A stretch of DNA of 64,000 nucleotides, taken from positions 60,140,001 to 60,204,000 of the forward strand of contig OZ024743.1 in assembly GCA_964016885.1 (NCBI GenBank), given 5' to 3'. Below the pieces are notes generated by a model that worked only from the letters and a program-made list of their open reading frames with translations, had not been told where the DNA came from and searched no databases. The translations under genes and the position numbers were made by a program. The DNA is from Eledone cirrhosa (Eukaryota). Positions 24,245 through 37,784 of the stretch are shown here, piece after piece (position 1 is the stretch's first letter; every line of letters starts with the position of its first letter).

Positions 24245-24823
24245 CGTTCTACATGGATGAATACAATAAATGTAATTTGAGTTTTTCTAATATTAATAAT
24301 AATATTCGATTTGTTTGCAATTATGAAAACAAACCTCATTTTTAAAGCCATGTCAGTAGAATGAGCCTCTCATGCTTGCTCTTCTGTTGGCATGTAAACA
24401 GAACTGCAGACACTAATGTTTCTAGTTATTACCCTTCATCAGTGCAGTTCACTGTTCACCTGCCAACTGTCAGAGCATGTGAAAATATTTCATATTTTCT
24501 AAATCTGGCTGATCAGTGGATCTTCTAATATGCAGATCTGACTGATCAGCCAGTCTGCTAATACGTAAATCACGCCGATCAGTCCCTGTATATTTCAGAA
24601 AATATAATATATTTTCACTAGCTCTGACAGCTAGCAGGTGAACAGTAAATTGTACTAATGAACGTCAATACCCAGAAACATTAGAGTCTGCAGTTCTGTT
24701 GACATGCCAACGCAGGAGCAAGAATGAGGGGCTCATTCTACTGACATGGCTTTAAAAAGTAGGCCTGTTTGCATAATTGCAAACGAATATTATTATTATT
24801 AATATTCGAAAAACTCAGATTAC

Positions 24824-24828
<5 letters not shown>
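24245..24828. mobile_element. Fold-back element with hammerheads, flanked by (TA)n
   Basis: Arms ~24267-24475 and ~24620-24828 are inverted; the centre has ~33 bp CTGATCAG-containing repeats. Related termini occur at 58548-58590 and 61040-61148. Confidence 0.85.
24401..24450 (-). ncRNA. Type I hammerhead ribozyme with a GUC cleavage site
   Basis: Reverse complement reads GAACTGCA-CTGATGA-agggtaataacta-GAAACA-ttag-TGTC-TGCAGTTC: perfect 8 bp stem I and 3 bp stem III. Confidence 0.88.
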
Positions 24829-24877
<49 letters not shown>

Positions 24878-25121
24878 TCGACTGAATATGCACGTGTGTT
24901 TTCCCTCTAATTGTCTTTCTCATTTCCCCGGGTTCTTCCTCTCATTATTCTGTATTTTCTATTTATCTTCTATTTCTAACTATATCCTCTGATGAATGAC
25001 TAACGTCCGAAACATTAACACTCTCCTCCAGCTATTTTAAGCTGTAAACTAATATATTTTGTTCATGTACTATGATGTGTGTTTTGTTAATTTTCTTATT
25101 ACTTTTACATACATATATTTA

Positions 25122-26016
25122 TCTACTTATATATATAACCAGCAATTTCTCTGTCTGTCTGTCCGACAGTGGAAACACGTGCGTAGAGAGAGAGTGAGAG
25201 TGAAAGAAAGAGACAGACTACCAGAGGGAGATAGCGAGAGGGAGAGAGAGAGAGTGAATAGACGCTAAAACACGTGCTACAGAAACATTACCATCCCCTC
25301 TCCACTGTCTTTGGTCACTGAGGCCGAGGGAATCGCTGGTTGCTATAGAGACACCTTGCACAAGCCAGAAGTAACCAGTTCGAGGCGGTTCTGACTTGAC
25401 ACCATGCGAAGAAGGTTACCATTGAATTTGTGGTTGTTGCTGTTGATAATAAGGACCATTTGAAGAAAGTTGCTGCTGATGAGGTAATTTATTAATCAAA
25501 TTGCGCAGTTCCATAACCTACGTTTGATTTGTTCAATTTTTTTCTTCAATTTTTTTTGTTGTTTTTTTTTATTTCTTATTGAAAAAATATAAATAATAAA
25601 ATAAGGTTAGAAATTTAAATACAATTAAATACGATTTAATTTCCATTTCCAGCAGCCAGTGTTCAATTTCATGAAAAAATTGGAAATAATTAAAAAAAAT
25701 TGAAGTTTAACTTTTGAATATTTGTTTTGACAATAAAAAAATATTTCCTTATTTACACCTAATGGTAAGATTAAAATTTCATAGGAATATTTTTTTCTAA
25801 CCACCAGTTATTTAGTTTCTCCTTTTTCGCTTTAATATATATTTATTTCAAAGATTTCACCGTATAGATAACATATATATTTATACATGCATAAAAGACA
25901 CACCGAGAGATGGTGAACATGTGGTGCCGAAAACATTTCTCATCCAAATCTCAACAATATCAGTATATACACTAGATTTGCTCGCAGAAAACCGCCCCCG
26001 GGTGGTTTTCTGCTAG
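25122..26016 (+). mobile_element. Non-autonomous Helitron
   Basis: 5' TCTACTTATATATATAA..(CTGT)n. 3' hairpin AAAACCGCCC..GGTGGTTTT, then CTAG at 26013-26016. Confidence 0.75.
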
Positions 26017-29000
26017 TGTATATATATAAAACAGAAGATGTCTGTCTGTCTGTTTGTGTAACCGCATGCATTTTTACATTTTACAACCGATTTGCACCAA
26101 ATTTCATAGATATGTTTCTAAAGTCCTATTACGCGTCTTAGGCTATTTTATGTTTGTGTACATCGATTGTGGGGGCCCCAGGGGCAGGTAACCCCCTTAA
26201 ACCTCTCGCTTGGAGTCAGCAGTGGTACTGCATAAAGGCCTCATAATACCTGCAGTTTTCCTCCCATCTTCACCGAAATTAATCTTTTGCTTGCTTATGG
26301 CCTACAAATAAATTTGTAGGCATGCACTTGCGCAGAATTCAGGTAGGGGACCCGGGGGTGGGGGGTGGGGGGCAGTAAACCGACTTGATGAATGTTGAAG
26401 TTGATATCATCAATGCAACACAACGTCATATCTGCTTCAGTTGGTGTTTGGTTTTCACGAAACGAGACGTATTGCTTACCCATGGCTTATAAAGGAAGGT
26501 GAATACATGAACTTTTACTTGAAATTATCAAGAGGACCCCTTAGTAAGCCCGTTCAATTTATCTATTGAAGTTCACATTAACACTGTATTATTACCTGAT
26601 AACTTTTGAAGTTTACGTTATATCTTTGTTTTCACTTTCCAAACAACAATCTTCGTCGGATAAAATTTCAGAAATGTAAACATCTGATTCTTTTGAAGAT
26701 AAATCACTAATATTATCTTTTGTTTCTTGTTCATTTTGAATGTCGTCGTGTGTAAAATCTTCAAAGTGAAGTTTCGCTCAATTGCAATCTCAAAACTTAG
26801 ATGTCGACTTTTCAGACGCTATATATAACAAGACTTTGATCGATATTTAAGACAGAGTGGCTTCAATGGGCGGAGATGTCTTGAAGAAATATGGGCATCC
26901 GCAAACACTTCGAGATGCGCCATCTGACATTCCCAACGACATTATACGTGAAACGTCATATGATGTCGACGAACTCAAAAGATAATTGGAAGAAAATGAA
27001 CCTAAACTTCTAATGGATCAAAAAACAAGCTTACAACATTGTCGTTGATTCCATCCGTAATCGGTGAGGGGGTATATTCTTCCTGGACGCACCTGGAGGC
27101 AAGGGAAAAACATTTGTAATCAAACTTTTACTTGCTGCAGTGAGGCAACACGGAAACATCGCATTGGCCGTGGCTTCTTCGCGCATTGCAGCAACTTTGC
27201 TGCCTGGTGGCAGGACGGCCCATTGTGCCTTCAGTCTTCCTCTCAACGTGGCATCATCTGAGACAACCACGAGCAACATCAGCAAGTCTTCCGGAAAAGC
27301 ACTGGTGTTAAAGCGCTGCGTACTAATTGTTTTGGACGAATGCTCAATGGCCCACAAGTCGGCTTTCGAGGCATTGGACCAATCACTCAGAGACATCAGG
27401 GATTGTCAAGAACCAATGGAAGGTGTCACTTTCCTGTTATCTGAGGACTTCCGGCAGACTCTTCCTGTAATCCCAAAAGGTACGCGGGCTGATGAGGTTG
27501 GTGCATGCCTTAAGGCCTCCCCACTTTGGCGTTATGTAAGAAAGCTGCCGCTTACAAAGACATAAGAACACAACTGCAAGGTGATGAGACATCAGCGGGT
27601 TTTGCTGCAGCCATGTTGTTGTTGGGAGATCCCACTCGACGGAGTTCGTACAGAGGACCTCACAGAGATTTGCAGATGGGTTAAGTCAATTGCTGAGTTA
27701 CGGACGTCTGTTTTTCCTAATCTTGAGGAGAACTAAATAAATCAAGAGTGCTTCTGTGAACGTGAAATATTGGCTTCGAAAAACCACATAGTTGGAAACA
27801 TCAATGCTGTGCTTGTCTGGAAACCTGCACGTCTACAAGTCCCTTGACTCTATGGCTGATCTGGATGAAGTTGTTAATTACCCCCACAGAACTCCCTAGA
27901 ACCTCCCGGATTGCCATCAAACTTACTGCGACTTAAGAAATGTGCCCCTGTCATGCTCCTCATAAGTTTGGAACCACGAAGGCTTTCGAACGGCACGCGT
28001 GTGGCCATCCAAAACGCGATGCCTCATGTTATTGAGGCAACAATACTTACAGGATGTGGTAAGAGGGATACTGTCTTCATACCAAGGTTACCTCTCATTC
28101 CATCCGGGAAATACTTTCCTTTCACATGCAGAAGGCTGCAAATTCCCTCTCCGGCTCAGTTTCGCCATCTCGATTAACAAATCACAGGTTCAGACGCTGA
28201 CGGTTGTAGGGCTTAATTTAGAAGAACCGTGCTTCTCCCATGGTCAACTATATGCTGGCTGCTCTCGAGTGGGGAGTCGACGTAACCTATTTGCTTTTCC
28301 AGCTCGCGAGAAAACCCCAAATATAGTCTATAAGGAAATTTTTGTAGGCACCCTATACGCCAACAAGTAATCGCTGTTTTTTTGTGTGTGTGTGTGGGGG
28401 GGGGGGGGGGGGGGTTGTATATGTGCCTTACATTTGCTGTATCCCTGTGCTATTTTTGTCCTTTTGAAAATACCACGTTACTGAGGTTACTTTTGCTATA
28501 CGTTATAAATGTTCAATGTCTCCGTTTTCCGCATTTATATGTTGCTATTACGCTTTGCTGTCGATGTTCCGTAGTTTTAACCTAATTAATCTACTTTTCC
28601 CTACATCTTATTTACACATTTTTTTTTATATTCCAGCGTGATCTTGCCAAGGCCGTTTTTGTGACCACCGACTGTTACATGCTTTTCTAGGTTACAATCT
28701 CAAATACCAAGCCAAGCAAATACGACACACCAAAGTGGTGTGAAGGACTTCTTAAGGACCACCACTTCTAATCGGTGTCGTCTTTATTGGCAGCACCGCC
28801 GCTGAGACTTTTAAGAGTGAACGATCCAAGGCTCTCTTTAGGGCCACCAACTTTAAATTGTTACCATCGGATTGGTCTTTGCTGGCAGCACTGCCGCAGA
28901 GATGTTTCAAAGTGAACGTTCAAAGGCCATCTTTAGGGCCAACACCTATAAATTGTTACTTCTATAGTCGTGTTTAACGGAAGTCTTTCGGTTCATTTGA

Positions 29001-29051
29001 ATGACTAATCCATTGAGAGTTATACCGGGCAACGTCGGGTACCTTTGCTAG
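26017..29051 (+). mobile_element. Internally deleted Helitron with decayed PIF1-family helicase
   Basis: Start TGTATATATATAAA..(GTCT)n. FLDAPGGKGKTF (Walker A), AVASSRIAATLLPGGRTAH, LDECSM, DFRQTLPVI, LSNGTR, FAISINKSQVQT, HGQLYAGCSRV. 3' CCGGGCAACGTCGGG hairpin and CTAG at 29048-29051. Confidence 0.9.
26700..28370 (+). pseudogene. Helitron RepHel PIF1-like helicase domain, frameshifted
   Basis: ORFs 27140-27565, 27911-28177 and 27999-28370 carry SF1 helicase motifs. Confidence 0.9.
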
Positions 29052-31225
29052 TACATATATATACAAATTAGATTTTTTAAATCTCCAAGCAGGTTATATA
29101 TATATACATATATATATGTGTGTGTCTGTGTGTCTAGGTGTGTGTATGAGTGTGAGTGTGTGATTATGATTATGATTATTTGTATGTGCAAAGATGGTCG
29201 GCGACATTTTTAAACATCGAATAGTTAAACTCCCAAAATGCATTACCTCTTTTTCGAACAAATATGCATTTTACAGTATTTTTTCCGCCTGAGTATATGT
29301 AGACAGTCGCTGGCCACTCTTGCCATCAGAGATGCCATGAACTAGGATTCTCCATACCAATTAAGTATATAGATTACCTTTTGAAATTAGATGGTTGAAA
29401 TATGTCACATGTAACTAAACAATAAAAAATGGTATACCAAGCATTAAATGTTATTTCGGCTCTATTATAGTCCTCGTATAGGAGTATAACATGGATCCGT
29501 TTACCAATATTGGGACGAAAACATTTGAACTATCCACTGAACAGCTTTTGTATTTATTATAAACATGTTAGCCAATATATGTTATGTTTAATATATTCAA
29601 AATGATTTAATTTTCCGATAATGCGAGTGAGGTCTTTTTAATTTGGCTTCGATATATAGTATTCTATACATATGATCTTCTTTGTTTTTTTCATTGTCTA
29701 TTCATCCCAATTATTGATTCTGAAAAGATAGATCTCAAATTCATAGGAAGGGGGTTTGTATGTGTGTGTGTATAGATAGATGTGTGTGTGTGTGGGGGGG
29801 GGTATGCCCTCTTAATCCTATTGGCAATCCTGACATTTTCGAACTCTGTATTTGAATCGTCTATTCTGGATAAGATAATTCAATAATTATTGTAATAGCT
29901 CTGTATTAGCATATATGAGGAATCTGACTATATGTAAATAACGTACTCATGCTTGAAATGTATAATGAAGCCCATATGCCTCCTTTTTTCAATAGTTGAC
30001 TATCTTGTTTCTGTGTTACTCATTCAATGGGACAGTAACTATATTGATTTTTTTCTGACTGCATTTCTGTCCTCATCAAATACGAAATCATTCTGGCGTG
30101 CAGACATAGAAATATTACATGCATTCATGTATAAATTATATTTCTTAAGATACGACTAGGTATGCAATTACTGAAACCGACACTGGATTATTCTGTACGG
30201 GTCCTAATAGTTGCCGACCATTTGTGCAAATGTCGTTGAAATGTTTTCTATTTAGCTTAAAACTTACATATAAATGGCCGATAGAAGGATAGCAATTCAA
30301 TACACCTGATTGGGTGGCTTATTCGTTTTTATTTTTAATCTGACTGAGAATTATATTTATAATAAATTGAAATAATGAGATAACTTCGTTGAAAGTTCCA
30401 TATTTAAGTGTAGTTGCTATTACATTTTCTAATTTAAATCAACCAGACAATCACAGATTAACTTCAAGAATATTAAATGTTTTCCGTCTATACAATAAAG
30501 AGGACTATTACCGATGGGAAGACTGATTCATTTCGTTCATACTTTCGCTCAATTTGTGAGACCAACTAATCCACGTCAGGCGTTCACTGGTTCAATATCC
30601 ATTCATTTCCAGAATACGTTGATACGGTTTGTACGTCGTTATATTGTGGGTATATATTCCAAATACCAGTGAAATTCCACTGATATCCATTCCCTCATAT
30701 TGGAGGACCAAATGGACAGAATATAAGTAACTAAGTTGTAAATGTGTTCCTTTCCATATCCTCTATTCTGTATATTCAGGATATAACATTAACATATACT
30801 GATAATTATCAATATGTGCTAATGTGATATCCTTAATATATTACTTTTCTGTCAAATATGGTCCATTTCTCCTGTTGCGATTTGAACAGTAGGTCGAAAT
30901 AATCACCACATACTGAATGTTCATTATACGTCTACACTACAGAAATGTGTATCTTCGATGAAATAACAACTTTTATTTGGGGGAATGGGGCTCAGTCAGC
31001 AGGAACCAGATATGTGATAACTGCATTTTAAATTATCATTACGCCAGTCGCAAATTTGTTAATTTTCTGACTATGAGCTAATAGCGTCAGCCATTACTCC
31101 ATCATCTACAGTAGCTATCAACTGTTTGGTCTCGGGCTGCTTATTCGTCGGCAGGAACTCAATAGTGTTACACGTATTACAAGTATCACAAGTATCAGAA
31201 GTAACCATTATATATGGTAAACGTT

Positions 31226-31414
31226 CGGCGGCTGATTGGCAGAATCGGTAGAGGGTCGGACGACATGCTTTGGAGCACAGAGTGATGTCCCGTTACGGAC
31301 TGAGTTCAAATCCCGCCGAGGTTAACTTTGCCTTTCATCCTTACGGGAGTCGATAAAATGAAGTACCAGTAATGTACTGGTTAAATTGCTGGCCTTGTGC
31401 CAAAAGTAGAAACA
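31226..31414 (+). mobile_element. tRNA-derived SINE (same family as 16906) with 15 bp TSD
   Basis: Colinear with 16906-17088. TSD attatat(a/g)tggtaaa at 31207-31221 and 31415-31429. Confidence 0.87.
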
Positions 31415-31914
31415 ATTATATGTGGTAAAAGTATTATTCTCCGCTACATGGAAGCCGATAGAAGAGAAATTGCTATACTTATATAGGAATTTCCTTGTTA
31501 AGACACCCTTTTGCTAGGTGTTTGGCAAAAGGATGTTAGGATATAGTCGAGTTGAAGCTAATTGAAGTACACTGTGGTTCTTGCCTCTGACTCGGCGCAG
31601 CCGATCAAATATTCACATTAGAGCATATCTCCAAGAAATCGTTGGTGTAATCTCTGTGTGTATGCTTGTTTCCTGGATATCGAAACGCCATACAACCATG
31701 TTTCGAGGGACTTTATTGGGAAGGTCCTGTAGGCGTATGGGATCGTCGGACAGCTTCTTCTTGCCTTGTAGTCACTATATTAAATCCCCCTATCTGTGTT
31801 CGGATAAATGGTACTAAGTTGAAATCAATGAATGTGGGTGCGTAGAGTCACCCCTTCCGTTTATAATCTTCATGAACAAGATTGACATACACAGCTGTGT
31901 ATGGAAGTGATATG

Positions 31915-32312
31915 AAGACAGGTTAGAGTAGAATCAATGTATATCACGTATCTCAGGCAACATTCTACTAGTGATGGGAATCAGGAGGCTGAATACAATG
32001 CAAAAATTGAAAGAGATGATGAAGTAATGCGCCATATTCAGAATTCGGTCATCAGAAGTAATGAGGTAGGTGTGAAAGCCAAAATCACTACCTTCATTTT
32101 TGTGTTCGTCCTTAGCCTTTCAGGAAATATCACCCATCAACTTGGTTGTATTCACTTGAGCATCAAGACACAGCGTTAAGGAATGTTTGATTCTGATAGG
32201 ATATTCTAGAATGTGTTTCTAATAACTCTGTAACCCCCACCCTGCAGCACCCAGCCAGAAAAACGTGGTGGAAGAAGAAGAAGAAAGAAGAAGATGAAGA
32301 AGAAGAAGAAGA
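31915..32312 (+). mobile_element. Decayed RTE-clade LINE 3' fragment with (GAA)n tail
   Basis: SDGNQEAEYNAKI..VMRHIQNSVIRSNEVGVKAK is similar to the 33140 copy. (GAA)n at 32271-32312. Confidence 0.65.
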
Positions 32313-33149
32313 CGCTGCCGTTAATATTGAGAATAACATTTTACGTCAAAATCCGTCCAGACATTATGCAGAGATTTGTCAATTTTAATTGCAGCTAGCA
32401 CTCATAGTTAGCGAGAATTAGTTTAGCTTACTGTAATATAGTTCTATTATTGATAATCTTGCGGCTTAAGCTGTAATACAACGTCGAGGCAATAGGCAGT
32501 TGAAAACGAATGATGACCAGAGTTGAATGAACGCAAATCACTAGCTAAGCGATTCAAACAGATTGCTTAGAAAAATATATACGCAATAGCAATAGTATTT
32601 GTCAATTGCCAGTAATCAGTAGCATTGTGGCAAGAGAATAAAATTTATATTAGAGAATTGGGTAAACGAAAGGATATCTAAACTATAATAAAGTAAGGAC
32701 TGCGGTACTGCATACGGTTTATTCTTTTAATCCAGTTAATAAAATAAGTTGGATTAAATAATGAATTAATATTACATAATGTATTTACTGTTTCGTAACT
32801 GAATTTCGTAAATATAAATCATTTAAAATTTACTTCTTTTCAAAGTTTCAAATGTCTACATTTCCAGTATATCGTCGCCACCATCACCACTTCAGCTATA
32901 TATAGAAGGAGAGAGTGTGTGATGAGAGAAATTGAATATTGAGAGAAATTGAATATTGAGGGGACGTTTGCCCGGGCCAAATCTCTTGAGTGGTAATAAG
33001 CCAGTGTTTGTATGTGCGCGCGCGTGAGTTTGTCAGCGTTCTTAAATTAGAGACATGTGTGTGTGTTACTGTTTTTAAGTTAGACATATATATATGTGTG
33101 TATCCCTTTCCTTCCTTTTACACACATACATTCACACAAACACACATTC

Positions 33150-33840
33150 ACATTGCGTGATGGACGGGTGGAGAGAAGTCCCTCAAATGTATATGCATGT
33201 GAATGGAGTTCTACTAAACGAGTTAGAGAGGTTCAAGTATCTTGGAGCTGTGTTCATGAGCGATGGAATGCAGGAGGCTAAATTAAGTGCAAGCATTGCA
33301 AAAGCCGATGCAGTAATGCGCCAGCCTCAGCATTCAGCAATCAGAAGAAGCGGGGTAGGTGTAAAAGCCAAACTCTCTGTCTTCCTGGTATTCCTGCCAA
33401 CTCTTACCGAGGATCATGAATCTTGAGTAATGACCAAAAGAATACAACTGCAAATAAAAGCGGCAGAAATGGGATTCCTCAGAAGGGTTTTTGGAGTAAC
33501 CGTTACTCGATAAAGTGCATAGCTCAGAGACCAGAGAGTCACTCCTGGTAGAGCCGCTACTTCTCCGAATTGAGAGATCACAACTCCGATATTATGAGCA
33601 TGTGGTTAGAATGTCTCAGTAAAGGATCGCTGGACACATTTTACAGGCAAAACCAACCGCCAAGAAACCCAGAGGTAGACCCTGAGCAAGATAGCTGGAT
33701 AACATCCATGAGCTTCGCTGGTCACGCTTTGGAATCCAGCTGGATCATGTTTGCTACTGACATGACAAACTCGCTGGAAGGAGTGTTTGAGAAGGACTCT
33801 GCCCCCACGAACCCTCTCAGAAATAAGTGGGTGAAAAAGA
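33150..33840 (+). mobile_element. RTE-clade LINE 3' fragment
   Basis: VNGVLLNELERFKYLGAVFMSDG..KAKLSVF..PTLT..HES*VMTKRI..KAAEMGFLRRV. Confidence 0.85.
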
Positions 33841-33922
33841 TATTGTCAATTTACTTTTCAATTTACTTTTCAATATCCATATATATTTGTGTATAATACC
33901 AAAATGCACACTACATATGCCT

Positions 33923-33957
33923 CCAGAAAACCGCCCGAAGGGTGGTTTTGCTGCTAG
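33923..33957 (+). mobile_element. Helitron 3' terminus (same family as 25122-26016)
   Basis: AAAACCGCCC-gaa-GGGTGGTTTT hairpin followed by CTAG. Confidence 0.7.
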
Positions 33958-34374
33958 TTTTTATAATAAAGCATGCTGATATATGTTAGCCGTGAGCAAT
34001 GTAAATGTGATTAAATCCAACACAGAAAATATCACCATTAAATATCTATCGATTACAATTATAACCTTAACTTGTAAACCGGCACCAAATGTTTTGTTCA
34101 TATCAGACGTGACACTGTCATATCTACTTGACTAAGATTATTGCTTTTCTTGCAATTAAATGAGAAAAACTTAGTGTAGGCTTACATTTCAGTTGTCATT
34201 CTTCTTGACCCAGGACTAGAGCCGGAACAATATGATTCGATAACATCCAGGAGCTCAACTAGTCTTACTTAGGGATCAAGGTGGATCAAATGGAGATGGT
34301 TGCTTCTGACATGACACGCTAAATGTGTACTTTAGAACTCTGCCGCTACGACACTCTCAGGAATATGTAGGCAA

Positions 34375-34484
34375 AGAAGAAGACGAAGAAGAAGAAGAAG
34401 AAGAAGAAGAAGAAGAAGAAGAAGAAGAAGAAGAAGAAGAAGAAGAAGAAGAAGAAGAAGAAGAAGAAGAAGAAGAAGAAGAAG
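34375..34484. repeat. (GAA)n microsatellite, probably an RTE tail
   Basis: Read directly. The upstream gaactctgccgctacgacactctcaggaata resembles the RTE 3' end at ~33795-33825. Confidence 0.9.
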
Positions 34485-35099
34485 CTAATTCAGTTGGATT
34501 ATGATCGACAAGATTACGTAGTGTAATACACGAATTTTGGTAATTAATTACAAGTTTAATCAACTGAAAGATAGATTAGTTATCTCATTAACAAAATTGA
34601 AGTCAAATTCTTCCAGGGTGTGCATTTGACAACATGATCCTATCAAAGATCTATAGTATATGTTTCAACACATGTGTTCACAAGAACTTTGTAAAATTAA
34701 TACCAAACTGAATATGATGTTGGTTGGCACAATTTTAAACAAATAAGGGCATCGATTCTATCAGAAAAAAAAACGTTACTCAACAAATCTCGAAATTAGA
34801 TCAACGAATTAAGATCAACTTCATTGTCTGAGTTAGCCTTGTTTGAGGAGCAATTCATATGACTGTATGATTGGTTAGACAAGGATAACGAATCAATACT
34901 TCAAGGCAAATAATATTATTGGATCCAAGAATCTTTAAGCAACTCAAAATGTCTAAGGCGCTAGTTATAAATCGCTACAGTTTGTTGATCGATGTCCTAC
35001 TGGAAAGGAAGGGAAAATTTGCTTTTGACCACATGATCTCAGGCTCTGATTAAGGTGAAAAAGTGTTACCACTCTACCATTTAAAAAAGAGTTTATTCG

Positions 35100-36720
35100 T
35101 ACGAGGAACACGGCTCCTCTTTAAAGACTGGCACATGGCTAATAAAAATGTCTATAAAACACCCAACTGATGTTTTCAACTAGCCACTGTGCTAACATGT
35201 TCCCGTCTCTATGCTTATATTTCTGTGAGTAGGGTGTATCAGAGGCTACATCTTCAATGCGTTATAACTTCTGTAACATATATTTCTCTGACATTCACTC
35301 CTACAGATGTCGCTGTACATTTGTTTCCGTCACCAGAGATTATATACCAAACTTATTCGTATATTTTTCATAATAAAAATATAAAACCTTGATGCTTCCA
35401 ACTTACAAATTCAAAACATCCTACCGCTCACCGGTTCTACAAATAAATAGATTGTTTACATATCCACTGGCTTATTGTTAAAGCTGACGATAACTGTTTT
35501 CCCATAGATGTTCCTGACTTCTGTCCGTAAGCTATTTCATCGGACATGAAATAATAATTTTTTTAAAGGAATTAAAGTCCTTCGAAGAAATTCCTAGTGA
35601 AGCGATCTGGTCGTTCATAGGGAATGTGTCTAGCCAATATTTGATGGCTTCGATAACGTAATCATGTGGTATGTTACTGTATAGGATCACAATATCTGAT
35701 GAGTCCATATAAATGTTGTGGCTGACATATTCTGGTAGATGGTTCATTAAATCTAAATCATCTGAATATGTTTGAAAAGAGGTATCAATGTAAGAAATTG
35801 CTTAGGTGGTGTGTTTCTCTAATTAGGCCGGCTATAATAGGTCTTAGTTTTATGTCAGGTGGTATGGGTATATTAACACAATTAGTTTCCATCATTGTGC
35901 ATGTCTTATTAATTAATTTATGTTCATGTTCTTCCGGTAATCCTTATAGATTACTTGCTTTATATCTAAGGTAGTAAGTTACTCCAATTGTTTAGCAGTT
36001 AATCAGTTTCGTATGGGTGTAGTAATACAGAGAGTTGTTTCATCACATTATAGAGCTTGTAGCCTTTGACTTCTTCATAGTGTGTATCCTATAGCATACT
36101 TTGTACCATGTTGTTGTAATGTTTAGTGTCCATAATGACAACAGTGCCTCCTTTGTCAGCTTATTTTATGATAATGTTTTGTCCTATTTCAGATCGTTTA
36201 AATGTTCTCATTGTTGTCTGATAAAGTTGGACTTTGTGGCTTTCCCAGTTTATCAACTGGGAAATTCGAGATGTAATCACAAAATTCATCAAGGGCTGCA
36301 TTCCTCCCTTTTAGGGGTTTCTAATTAGTGATTCCTCGTTGTCTTATTTTTTGAAAAGTTGTTCCGCTAATCTGAGTCTTCTGCAGATGTCTGAAATGTC
36401 ATCTTTAATTTCTGGTATAATTGGTTTTTGAGGAGTGGATGTAAATTCCTTTATCTCGAATATCTATTTAATTGAGTGTTAGCGATTTTTGTGAGAGTTT
36501 CATTTTTTTTGTTTACTTGTTTTCTCTTGACCGTGGTCTAACCTGTAAACCAGTATATTTGGTTTCTCTCTAAATAAATGATTGTTAGGATAGGATTTCT
36601 TTATATTATTCTTACTGTCAGTATTTTTTATGTTATGTTTTTTTCTTGGAGTTCTTTTGAATAAAATATTGTACATATCATTCTCTTCCCTCTACATCTT
36701 TCTAATGGTTTTGACTTTGG
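35100..36720 (-). mobile_element. Decayed Penelope-like element, RT region
   Basis: The reverse strand reads IIIK*ADKGGTVVIMD, RPIIAG, DLMNHLP..SSDIVILYSNIPH..EAIKYWL, QKSGTSMG. Confidence 0.75.
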
Positions 36721-37365
36721 TTCAATCTGAAATTATCACTATAATTCCGAGTATGGGGTCTGTTCTCGCTGAAGTTTCGCTTTCTGTTTGTTTGTATATA
36801 TGTATTTTTTCATACGCACACACACTCACACACACGCTCACACACAAACTCACACACACACTCACAAAAACACGCACACACTCACACAAACACGCACAAA
36901 CACACACACACACACACATATATATATACTTCTAGCTTATTTATTTTAACCATGGTTGCTCGGACTTGTTTTACAATCTGATTACTTCTGCGTCTTGCCA
37001 TATGTGCTACATTATATATTTTTATAGTTTTCTGTAATATATGTACATGGGTGAACTCTGGAATGTTTGTTTGATTCCAAATTTTACTTCCGCTGAGTTA
37101 TTTTGTATCGAATAATGAAATTGAGATGTTTAAATTGTGATCTATTTATTTTTCTTCTTCAAATTCTCTTCCCCTACTTAGATTGAGCTGCTTCATTAAA
37201 ATGAGTTGATGAGTTATTTCTAGTGCTTGAATTACCCTCTTTAGATTCTATACAACTCCAAGAAAAAGCACATTGGTGCCATTTGTCGACGGTTACGAAT
37301 CAGTTATTCAACTTGCCTCTGAATGGACAAATTATATTTTGTGGTATTACTAGATCAATGAAAAC

Positions 37366-37469
37366 TCCTACTGATGAAAATGTGTTTCCTGAAGTCCATT
37401 GGGTCTACCTTATTTTAACGCTGGCAGTTCGTGGATATTTTCCCTGAGTTTCGAAACAGCTGTATAGGA
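37366..37469 (+). ncRNA. Type I hammerhead with ~75 nt stem II region
   Basis: TCCTA-CTGATGA-(75 nt, aaa...tttc)-GAAA-CAGCTG-TA-TAGGA. Confidence 0.7.
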
Positions 37470-37704
37470 ATAGTTTAGGTATAACATATAATGTAAGCAG
37501 TATTTTTATAGTTCGCATTGCCTTTGTAACATCTCATGTGTATTATATTATAAAATTATATTGGTTTCTGTAATATTCTGAAACGTTTAACAGAACAATA
37601 AAATCGACATGTTCGTATATAATTTATTTATATATATATATATAAGTAATACACATGCACATATACACAAAGACAAACAAACGCACACACACATACATAT
37701 ATAT

Positions 37705-37784
<80 letters not shown>

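Noticed and set aside
22216-24828. Classical MITE interpretation of the inverted repeats
   Set aside because: The arms contain hammerheads, have asymmetric or tandem extensions and mirror the Penelope repeat layout, and no cognate transposase is seen. Disfavoured rather than formally excluded.
26700-28370. Host PIF1 helicase gene
   Set aside because: It is intronless, disrupted and enclosed by Helitron termini.
34357-34563. Poly-serine ORF
   Set aside because: It is the antisense of (GAA)n.
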